This document shows, piece by piece, positions 52,969 to 62,224 of a stretch of 64,000 bases of DNA. The stretch covers positions 1 through 64,000 of the forward strand of contig VRVR01000009.1 of NCBI GenBank assembly GCA_009859145.1, read 5' to 3'. Position 1 is the stretch's first letter. Every line of letters starts with the position of its first letter. The position numbers and the translations under genes are program-made. The DNA is from Andalucia godoyi And28. Lineage: Eukaryota > Protista > Jakobida. A model generated the notes under the pieces. That model was given only the letters and a program-made list of their open reading frames with translations, ran no database searches and was not told where the DNA came from.

Positions 52969-54384
52969 CTAGGAATTCTCAACGAAATGTGCTCGCGACC
53001 GCAACTCGGTCTCTACTCCATTGTGGAGAGCAACAAGGAATTCCGAGAGTGAACACTCTGTTCGTCCAGCAAAGTGGGCGGCGAACGCAGTGAAGGGGAT
53101 CTTCCGCAGCACTCGACCGGAAAGTCCAGAGCAGCGCGCTGCAATTGATCGCAGCATGCCAGAGGGAGAACTGTCGACATTCGCAATCGAGGCAAGATCA
53201 GAGAACGGGAGTACAGTATTCCTGTTGGAAAACGAATGATCCCCATCAATCTCTTGTTCTTCTTCGTCGGATTCGACGTCACCGTCGTCGTCGTTGTGTC
53301 CTTCTCCGGCTGCTCTGTCGGTCTCGTTGTGGACGACGATGATTCCGCACCGTTGGAGTTCTTCCACGCACGACTTGAGGATTTCATAACGAGCTCGGAG
53401 TCCAGGATGGCCTACGAACACCTTCAGGTCCGCTCGATCCACAAATGCGACATCCATCGCCTGACTAAGGTTGGACGTCGTCAGCACAAGCACATTCGAC
53501 TGGTACGAGAGTTGGTCAATATGTGTCAAGAGCGCATTCACAGCCCGCACAGCATCGGACGGTTCCCCGTTCTTAATCGAAGAACTGCGAGCCGCAGCCA
53601 GCGACTCGACTTCGTCAATCAAGACGCAGACCAGCATGTCCTTATCCTCCAACAAGTCTCCGATCCTTTTGAACAGCTTCTGAACCAGCTTCCCAGACTC
53701 GGAAAAGAACCGTGAGAACAGTCCGTGGGCTTGTACTTCGACGAGCGATGCGCCAGCTGGGAACTGCCTTCCTAATCGAATCGACAGTTGCTGCGCCAGC
53801 GCTCTGCACAGGGTTGTCTTTCCGGTTCCTGGCGGTCCATGAAGCAAGATAACACGGTTGCATGAGACCAGAGATTGGTTCACACCACGCGTTCCATACA
53901 GCATCATGGTTGCCGCATATCTCCACAGCTGGTTCTTCAGCCCGCTGTTTTCTCCGTCAAACACAATGGAACTCCACAACGAACTGAACCTTGCATGAGG
54001 TAAAATCCAATGAGAGTAATGTGGCTCTTCCGCAGGCTCTTCCTCACACAGCGCATACACAAACACATCGATTTTTGCGAACTGCAACTGAACACTCTCC
54101 GGAGCCTCGACAGCCGAAACAAGCGAATCGAGGCTAATCACCACCTTGTCAATGTCGTTGAACAATCTGTAGCTCAGAGTCCGCACAGAGTCCGGCAACG
54201 AAGGCTCCTCTGCAACCACCGCAAACAGTCGAGTATCCAGCTCACCAGACGCAAGAATCGCAACATGTCGATGTAAAAACGCTCGCAAATCACTCTCAGT
54301 CTGCGATATCCGCCCGTCATAGTGAGCTTTCACCCGAGCTTCCACTAACACATGCACCGTAACTTGATCTACATGTCTATTCAT
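52969..54384 (-). CDS. PCH2: Pachytene checkpoint AAA+ ATPase Pch2/TRIP13
   Basis: [67 protein letters not shown] and LSGRVLRKIPF. Confidence 0.93.
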   Translation of the reverse strand: MNRHVDQVTVHVLVEARVKAHYDGRISQTESDLRAFLHRHVAILASGELDTRLFAVVAEEPSLPDSVRTLSYRLFNDIDKVVISLDSLVSAVEAPESVQLQFAKIDVFVYALCEEEPAEEPHYSHWILPHARFSSLWSSIVFDGENSGLKNQLWRYAATMMLYGTRGVNQSLVSCNRVILLHGPPGTGKTTLCRALAQQLSIRLGRQFPAGASLVEVQAHGLFSRFFSESGKLVQKLFKRIGDLLEDKDMLVCVLIDEVESLAAARSSSIKNGEPSDAVRAVNALLTHIDQLSYQSNVLVLTTSNLSQAMDVAFVDRADLKVFVGHPGLRARYEILKSCVEELQRCGIIVVHNETDRAAGEGHNDDDGDVESDEEEQEIDGDHSFSNRNTVLPFSDLASIANVDSSPSGMLRSIAARCSGLSGRVLRKIPFTAFAAHFAGRTECSLSEFLVALHNGVETELRSRAHFVENS

Positions 54385-54803
54385 TTTTTTCTTTCCTTTT
54401 TTCTGTTTTCCTCTTCCTTTTATTTCCCAACCCTCCCAAAAGAAATCCCTCTAAAATGCTCACAAACAATGCAAAGCAATGCAAAACAAAAATCAAATAA
54501 AAACCTGATCTCTCCTGTATTATTTTTGGTGCTTCCCCCCAAATGGCGGGAAAAAGCACACAAGCCCTCACAGCATCAAAGCATCAAGTCCCCGTGGACC
54601 GCTTGTCCCATCGAAAATGAAAACCGTTTCATTTCAGGTTTTTTTTTTTTTCGTTTTCGTTTTTGCCTTCGATTTTTGTTTTATCATGATTTCATCATTA
54701 TCCTTGTGTGCATTACTTCGTAGCGTAATTGGTGTGCTTGTACAGAGTGGGACTCGGGATACAATTTACAAGTTTTACATAGTTGCGTAACATAAGTGAA
54801 AAC

Positions 54804-57800
54804 ATGTCGGGTCATGTTCCAACTCTTGCATGGACTGAGTCCGTTGCGAACTCGGACGCGCTACACGACTCGTCAGCTCTTCACAAGCAAGGCTCGCAAG
54901 GTCGCATCAATGCGTCTTCTTCACATGGTATGTAGTTCTTGCTATGATGGTATTGGCGAACGTTTTGTGGGTTGTTTTTTTTTTTTTTTTTTTTTGGTTT
55001 TTTCAATTTTCTTATTCTAATGTGATCTGCGTGTTTTTCGGTGAACATATATATTTGTATATATATTTGTATATTCATCATGATGATTTTAGCGAATGCC
55101 GGATATGTGAGAGGGAGGCTGGACTACGATGAATTGGAGGACAAATATCTGAAGCTTCGAGAGGAGAATCACGGGTTGAAGACGAAGCTCATGGAGCAAG
55201 AAGATCGGATTAAGACACTACATGCAAAATACATGAAACTTACGGATGATCTGAGGAGAAAGGATGCCGAGGTGTCACTGCCTGCGAGTCGGCATAAGCG
55301 AGATATCGAAGTCGATCGGTTTGTCGAGGAGCTGACGGATAAGGTTCGTGTTCTCACGAAGCGGAATGAGCAGCTCGAGATGAAAAACTCGCAGCTTTCC
55401 GAAATGGTTGGGTCGAAGTCATCGACAAGATCCTTGTCTGCTTCCAAAAGACCGCAGTCTGCATCTTCCAAGAGACCGCCCGTGTCTCATCAGGATGCTC
55501 CCGTGATGTCCTCTGCAGCGGATTCGAAAAAGGACGAGGTGGAAAAGGAGAATCTTGTCCAGCTTGTTGAAATGCTGAGAAAACAGCTGTCGCAAGCGGA
55601 CTCTGCAATCCAGGATCTGAAAGCAGAGAACAAGGCGCTCAAGTCGACGTCAAAGACGACAACGGATCAGCTGGTCATTCTTCAGAGTCAGAGGGAGCTG
55701 CGAGAAAAGCAAGCACAGCTCAACTTGATGCAGAACAAGTACGATCATCTCGACAATACGCAGACAGCATTGAAGGAGAATCATATCCAAGTGCTCGCAC
55801 AGCTTGAAGAAACGGCTCGGAACTTGACCAATGAGAGACGACGGGCGATCCAGCTGGAAACGCAGCTCAAGATTGCGCAAATGCAGGCCGACCGCTCGCG
55901 AGAATTGGAAATGATGTGCGATTCGTTGCGCTCGGAAAAGAGCATTGTGGAGCAGGAGAACAGAAAGCTTGTTGAGGCAGCATTTTCAGAGGACGGCATT
56001 ATGAATGCCTCTCGCAGGAAACAGCAAGATAAGGCAATTCAGGAAGCTCTGGATCGAGCGACTGCGGAGGCAAAAGCAGCACAGGAAGACAAGGCGTCCC
56101 TGACCAGCCAGTTACAAGCTTTGCAAATTCGGTATGACGAGCTGCAGAGAGAGTCGCTGCTTTCTGTTTCGGAGCGAAGAAAGAAGGAGGAGCAGATCCA
56201 GCAGATTACAGAAGAGCTCAACAAGGTCAAGGCAGAATTCAACCTGCTTGCAACCCAGTCTGGCCTGGACGTGCAAGACTTGCAAGAAGTGTTTGCGCTG
56301 CTGCGCAAGCGCAGAGAGCAGTCTTCCTCCAAACGATTGGTGGATATGTTGCGCGCGGAGCTTGCGCTGCAGAATGTTGATGAAATCGATGTGGCTGCAC
56401 AGAACGCTGATCTTGCCGCAGAGGTCTCGTCCCTGCAGAAGCATGTTGCGTTTCTTAAGCAGTCTCATGTTCAGCTGGAAGAGGCAAAGGACCAATTGCA
56501 GCGCCACCTCAATCAGCAGCTTGCAGTTGCGGAAGAAAAGAATAGTAGAGCCGAACAGACAATTACCATGCTCAAGGAGCAGATTAAGCATCTCGAGGAA
56601 GAACTCCAAAAACTCGAGTCCGATCAACGGCATGCGCAGTATTGGAGAACACGGTCCTTTACAGGATCCGCGCAGACGCTTCAGTCCCGCGACGTTCCCC
56701 TGTCTGCCACGTACGCATTTGCAGCTGGAGAAACTGCAGCGGCTGCTCTTACAGGTGTGCATGCAGAGTACCAGAATCTCCTGCAGGAAGATGATGATTT
56801 TCCACCGGCAAATTTGGCAGATGATGAAAACGCTCTGGAATTTACCATTGTCGGGGCTTCGTTGGACAGCTCTGCAGTCTCCGATCCGTCTATCACGACC
56901 TTCTGCTGCTTGGAGTTTTTGGACTTTGAGACTGTTGTAACGCCGATCGAAGGTGGAATGTGCCCGGCATACGATTTCTCGGCTCGCTTTTCTTTCAAGC
57001 AGGACGCGTTCTTTTGGAAGTACGTCAGCAGCCACTCGGTTCGCATCATCGTCTACCGAGCGCGGGGTTTTGAGCAAGCAGACATGGTGTTCGGCATATG
57101 CACGATCCCTGCTGCAGACATCTTTGCGGTGCCGGCGCTGGCACGTCCGAGGTCGCTCATGTCCGTGATATTCTCTGCATCGTCGGCCTCGGGGACGTCT
57201 GTGGAGGTTGGTCGTTTGGAAATCACCGTCCGATCTGCAAAGCAAGTGCAGGTTCCACTGTCGGTCCAAACCTCAAATGCCACTGGCGGCAAGGCCGGCG
57301 CTATCCAGTCGTTTGTGCACAGCTCTCTTTCGAACGTCGTGACCGTCGGATATGTCCAGATTCATATCATCCAGTGCACCGGTCTGTGTCGAGCAGCGCG
57401 AGTCTATGCTGCCTATGAATTTTACACCTTCCGTCCGCGCGAGACTGCGGCAGCAAGATTGCCGCAAACGATGGCCCGCTTCGACGACATTCAATTGTAC
57501 CCCGTGCAGATGGATCGAGCACTGGAAGCATATCTCGTTAATGAGAAGCTGCGGATCTTCTTGATTGATGAAAACTCCGTGGATCCCAATCCCGGCGCGG
57601 CACTGGTCGGCAGCGTCGCGCTTTCGTTGCAGATGATCAAGTCCAAGCAATCCTTTGAGGGGAAGGTTGAAATTGACACGGGAGGATTCTTGGAGGTGCG
57701 CATTGCGTGGAAGGACCACGCAGGACGCGACGCTCCGCATTCTGCAATCGAGCAGCATGGTTCCTTGCAAGCCCTTGAAGATGATGCGGTGGTTGTCAGC

Positions 57801-58772
57801 GCGCAAACGCGTGAAAACTCTGGTCGTCCACCACATCCAGTGTCGCAACAAGACGAGAAGTCCGCTTCGGCTTCGGTACCCCCGTCGCGAATGAATCCGA
57901 TCATTACATCCCCGCGGACAGATTCTTTCAATCCAATGACGACCCCGACCCCGACTCCAATCAAGCCGTCCAACATGAGCATTTCGCACTCGGCTGCCAA
58001 CACCCCGCGACGCCCAAGCGACGGGCATACAAACTCGAGCTCGAGCGGTCCAGAGGTTCCCAAAGTACAGTGGTCTACACCGCGGGGCGCACCGGGTACT
58101 CCGAGTGCACCCTTGGAGCCGTCGTATACGCCGCGTGGTGATGCTCCAGGATCTGCGCGCAGGGTGATCCAGATGCCATCAACGCCGGCCCCTGTAGACA
58201 CGCCTTCCGCGGATGTCGAACAGTCCGACAATGATGTTACGCGGTTGGTGGAAGAGCTGCATACGGAGGCTCCCTTTGACAGACACAAGAACGTTCTGGT
58301 CGCGGTGAGTGATGTACATATTGAACCAACCCTTCTTTCGAAGGACGGTCTTTCCTCAGTATATGTTCGTGTGGCGGATCGGTCTTCGAATTTTGAAACG
58401 ATCTTTGCGCTCCCGTCCTCTGTTTCCACGTCGAAATCCGTTGCTGTGGAATCAAATGGGAGAGCGAGAGTGTCGCTTTCTGCCGTGTTTGCAATGGAAC
58501 CAGGCTCCAAATCCCGGTTCCGTGTATCGCGGATGCTAAAGGACCAGGATGAGGATAATGCGGATATTGTGTTCACTGTCTTCTCGGCAAACGACGGCAG
58601 AGTGCTCGGCCAGTGCGAACTCAACATGCAGCACGTTGAAAACAGCGGGAAGGATATTTTGAAGGACGAAATTCCGGTCATCGATCTTAGCGGAATTTCC
58701 GTGGGATACTTGGTCGTCAGTTTTGTTGCAGTCAAGTTCCTTCAGCAAGTGCGACGAGAAATGTCGCCATGA
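54804..58772 (+). CDS. RPGRIP1L: RPGRIP1L/Fantom-like transition-zone protein; join(54804..54927,55093..58772)
   Basis: LEDKYLKLREEN..LK....QEDRIK N-terminal motif, coiled coils and C2 domains (FLDFETVVTP..G..PAYDF). Exon 1 ATG at 54804, donor GTATGT at 54928, acceptor TAG ending 55092, phase 1 on both sides. Confidence 0.8.
54928..55092 (+). other. Spliceosomal intron in the RPGRIP1L-like gene (165 nt)
   Basis: GTATGT..TAG, T-rich, phase-compatible. Confidence 0.7.
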
Positions 58773-59037
58773 TTTAGGAGTAGCAGAGACGCCTATATTG
58801 CCATTGTCATTGTCGCTGTCCCGCCCCGCCCCTCCCCTTCCTTCCTCCTATTCACAGGATTATCGCCTACGATGCCGATGCAGCCAAACTAAGCCATGTA
58901 AAGCAAAACAAGCAAAGCCCATCTCTGATGTGATCCTGCAGAGTAAGCGGGGAGGCAAGACCTGTGCGTCACAAACGGAGTTTACAAAATATCATGGGGC
59001 GGAAGAAGGGGGAAAGGGAGAAAAAAATATAAAAAGT

Positions 59038-60471
59038 CTACAGTTCTTCAGACGGATCTAAAGTCGATCCGCCCAACACAGTACCCCAGCCAATAAGACG
59101 CCAGTGCTTTTCCACTCTTCTGCTGAGCGCCACCTTTTCATCAATCGACGTGCAAACAGGATGCGTCAGTTCAATCCGCGCAGTACGGCTTTCACCTTTT
59201 CCAATGTCAACGACGCGACCGCCGGTAGAGGTCGAACCAATGTTCAGCATCAGCAGCTCGTTCACTGTGAGCTTGGTGACACGACCCTGCTTCTCCCCGG
59301 ACGTCTTGACTCCAAGAAGTCTGCGGAGCAAGAAATAGTTGATCTCCAATTCGTAGTAAATCTGGGGAAGCGAACCGACCTCTCCCAGCACTTGACCAAC
59401 CAACCGATCCGCACGTGTCAAACTCGGGTCAATGTGCGTGCCGACACCGATAAGACCTCCGGGAACTGCATACTGCAGTTCGTTGTTCTCCGCAAACAGA
59501 GAAACAACTCGGGACCGAATTGGCACGCAGCGAATCTTGCCAGAAGCGTCTTTACTCACGACACCCGGGCGGACCTCGATGTTCTGCCCAACCTTGAGCA
59601 CTCCTCGCAGAATAGTACCACCAGCAACTCCTCCTCTGAGATTTCTCGGTTCCTCGCCAGGCTTGTTCACGTCAAACGACCGGATCACGATCAACCGCGG
59701 GGGGGAGATGAAGTCCCGGATCGGAACCGGAACCTTCTTGACAATGTACTCTGCAACAGCGTCAATATTGTATCGCAGCTGGGCCGAGATTGGGACAATC
59801 GGGGCACCCTCTGCGGCCGTTCCCTTGATGAAGTTCCGGATGTCGTTGTACTGTGCCTTTGCAGATCCAGTGTCGACAAGATCGATCTTGTTCTGCAAGA
59901 TGATGATGTGCTTCAAGCGCATAATGTCAACAGCAGCGAGATGCTCTGAAGTCTGCGGCTGCGGGCAAGGCTCGTTTCCCGCAATCAACAACAGGGCTGC
60001 ATCCATAACTGCAGCTCCGTTCAACATGGTCGCCATTAGAATGTCGTGACCGGGGCAGTCCACAAAGGAGACATGCCTCAGCAATTCCAGTGGATACGCC
60101 GACCCATCCACTTTTGGATTATCTTCCGTGGAAGACCCGAACGAAAAGTAGCATCCAGGACGCTTCGAATTCGGATCCGTTGATTTGAAGATCTTTGCAT
60201 TCGCATAACCCAGCTTGATCGTAATGTTTCTTTCCAGCTCGCTCTTGAATCGAACGGTCTTCACTCCAGAGAGAGCCTTGACGACAGTGGACTTTCCATG
60301 CGCAACATGGCCAATTGTACCAATGTTGATCGTCGCTTGACGAGAAATAACCTCGGGCATCAACGGATGCAGCTTCGTCACATCCAGCGTTTCCAAATTC
60401 TGGGCGCGCAATCCTTTGTTTTCAGACGTCTGCATAGACGGGAGAGTCGACGCAACTTCGTTCTCGGCCAT
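59038..60471 (-). CDS. EIF2S3: Translation initiation factor eIF2 gamma
   Basis: [40 protein letters not shown] and [13 protein letters not shown]. Confidence 0.96.
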   Translation of the reverse strand: MAENEVASTLPSMQTSENKGLRAQNLETLDVTKLHPLMPEVISRQATINIGTIGHVAHGKSTVVKALSGVKTVRFKSELERNITIKLGYANAKIFKSTDPNSKRPGCYFSFGSSTEDNPKVDGSAYPLELLRHVSFVDCPGHDILMATMLNGAAVMDAALLLIAGNEPCPQPQTSEHLAAVDIMRLKHIIILQNKIDLVDTGSAKAQYNDIRNFIKGTAAEGAPIVPISAQLRYNIDAVAEYIVKKVPVPIRDFISPPRLIVIRSFDVNKPGEEPRNLRGGVAGGTILRGVLKVGQNIEVRPGVVSKDASGKIRCVPIRSRVVSLFAENNELQYAVPGGLIGVGTHIDPSLTRADRLVGQVLGEVGSLPQIYYELEINYFLLRRLLGVKTSGEKQGRVTKLTVNELLMLNIGSTSTGGRVVDIGKGESRTARIELTHPVCTSIDEKVALSRRVEKHWRLIGWGTVLGGSTLDPSEEL

Positions 60472-60570
60472 TTTCTCCTTTTCAATCCGTATCTATCCCA
60501 AAAAAAGATGACTTCTTTTTTTCTGTTCTTCTTTTCCTTTTTCCCAAACTAAAACTTAAAAGAGACAGAG

Positions 60571-60610
60571 GAAACCAAAGGAAACCAAAGGAAACCAATG
60601 GAAACCAAAC
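60571..60610 (+). repeat. 10-nt tandem repeat GAAACCAA(A/T)(G/C) x4 upstream of eIF2-gamma
   Basis: gaaaccaaag gaaaccaaag gaaaccaatg gaaaccaaac. Confidence 0.85.
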
Positions 60611-61053
60611 AGTCTCGCATTTGAATCGAGAGAATACAGCGAATAAATGTGAAATTGTCATTGTCAAGTGTCAGCGCTCCAGCGCACAGCAGTCAGAGCT
60701 CGAGGACCCTTGAGACTACTACGACTCGGACATCTCGTGTCCTACTGCAAAAAGAAAGGGGGGAAAAACACCAATTTATTTAAGATGAGGGAAGGACGAC
60801 GAACCGCGCTGGACTGCTCTCATGTCTGAGCATTTCTACTGAATGCGTATTATGGTTACCCCGCCTGAGTTGCTTTGCGTGCCTGTGACTCGGTAGCGAC
60901 AACCCCCAGGCTCTATTTTTTTTACATTGTGTTACTGTGAAACAAGAAAAGTGCCCATATCAAAATGTTTCGCAGTATTTAAAAAAAAGGAAGTCACGTG
61001 AATGTCTGCGCACTACATAAGAATTTTTTTTCTATCGATCAAGGCAAGTGCAA

Positions 61054-61341
61054 CTACGCAGCAGCAGTAGATGATGATGACTGACTGGTAGCTTCGGTCG
61101 CCTTCTTTTCCGCCAACTGCTGTCGCTTCACTTCCCATTTCGCCTTCTCAGCATCGGCCTTTCGGGCATTCTTCGCTCGGATGACTTGGAATTCTGCATT
61201 CAAACACTGGTCAAGCTGGTCGCGCACGCTGTTGCAGCACCCAATGAACTTCTTTAATGGGTGACTCGAGTGACACGACTTCAGCGCTTCCATTTCCTTG
61301 GAGCACATTGAATGCGCCGTCTCGGTCAAGAACGGATGCAT
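61054..61341 (-). CDS. CMC2: COX assembly twin-CX9C protein CMC2
   Basis: MHPFL...H..CSKEMEALKSC H..HPLKKFIGC CNSVRDQLDQC: two CX9C motifs. ATG at 61341. Confidence 0.85.
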   Translation of the reverse strand: MHPFLTETAHSMCSKEMEALKSCHSSHPLKKFIGCCNSVRDQLDQCLNAEFQVIRAKNARKADAEKAKWEVKRQQLAEKKATEATSQSSSSTAAA

Positions 61342-61650
61342 AATATACACTCAATTCAAGTCAATCCACTAAATACAATAATAATGTTGATAAAGAGGAA
61401 AGATGAAAAAGATGAAAAAGACGCACGGAAGCAGAGGCAACTGAAACCGCTGAATAATGACACGTCATTGTCATGCATACGGAAATATACTGTTTCACAG
61501 GAATTCGTGCTTACGCACGCTCGGCCAAAATTCAGCCTGCGAACACAGGCTCCGCATTTTCGACACTCTTTAACGCAGCATCCATAGCCATCTATTCTAT
61601 CATTCGTTGGTTTCACTCTTTTATTCAAATATGGGCGTGAGTGTGCTGGG

Positions 61651-61946
61651 ATGACGCATTCGCCTACGCCGCTCGATACAGGGCCTCCTAGGTCCCGCAG
61701 ACCTCCTAAGAGACCACGTGTCACTACACCTACTGCTAGGGCCGTCAGGATCAAAATGCACCCTTCTCAGGAACAACGTGCCACGCTGAGAAAGTGGCTC
61801 ACCGATTGATCGAGATTGGGAACGGAGCGCGGAACATTTATCTGAAGAGCGCCGTGAGGCGTGTTGGCGGCCTATCCCCTTCCCGGCAACGGGATGCAAG
61901 ACTGGGTATGCATGTCCATTCGTATATATGCATGTTCAGTATATAA
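61651..61946 (+). pseudogene. TnpB/Fanzor nuclease remnant: NLS-like leader + HTH fused to RuvC-III tail, core deleted
   Basis: ATG 61651: MTHSPTPLDTGPPRSRRPPKRPRVTTPTARAVRIKMHPSQEQRATLRKWLTD* (stop 61807-61809). IDRDW follows at 61805-61819 in a second frame, then one extra G (61820), then NGARNIYLKSAVRRVGGLSP...* at 61821-61946 in the third frame. Confidence 0.8.
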
Positions 61947-62033
61947 TGTAGGCGTATGTCTAGCGGGCGACACCGGTACTCTTCGGCGTCCGTTTTACAG
62001 CCGTCCTCATCATGGGTGAAAAAGCGACCTAGG
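61860..62033 (+). ncRNA. Putative omegaRNA (reRNA/fRNA) scaffold overlapping the 3' end of the TnpB/Fanzor remnant
   Basis: Stems found by eye: tcccg-GCAA-cggga (61881-61894); 13-bp actgggtatgcat/atgcatgttcagt (61901-61913/61928-61940); gcctat/gtaggc (61870-75/61948-53); gcgggcg+ccgg/tcgg+cgtccgt (61963-61993); long-range ggcggc/gccgtc (61866-71/62000-05). The position matches known TnpB/Fanzor RNAs. Confidence 0.55.
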
Positions 62034-62224
62034 AAACTGGCACGCACGATGTACTGCTTTGTGAGATTTATATAATAAACACATTCCAGTGCATGTGCAT
62101 CATCATGTAAATCAAGCGGAGAGAAATAAGGAGGAAAACATACAGACAATGCACAACACAGGCAGCGAGGTAGCGACAGAAAATACAATTTAAAAAAGAA
62201 ACACAAACGAGAAACGGGAAGAAA

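Larger units (their letters stand above)
61500..62035 (+). mobile_element. Non-autonomous, internally deleted IS607/IS605-type TnpB (Fanzor2-like) element; boundaries approximate
   Basis: TnpB N- and C-terminal motifs are juxtaposed and followed by a structured 3' segment. Both tentative ends show AGGAA (61499-61503, 62031-62035). The ends are inferred, not demonstrated. Confidence 0.65.

Noticed and set aside
60790-60925. Partial resemblance to U3 box A (gagcatttcta), U4 (accccgcc, gctttgcg), SRP Alu (gcgtgcctgt) and RNase MRP CR-V
   Set aside because: The matches are short, in the wrong order and lack the partner motifs. Kept only as an unassigned ncRNA candidate.
61356-61754. Minus-strand 132-aa ORF with CCVKECRKCGAC, suggesting a zinc finger or ribosomal protein
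   Set aside because: No ATG start and no family match. It is antisense to the better supported TnpB/Fanzor remnant and runs into the CMC2 promoter.
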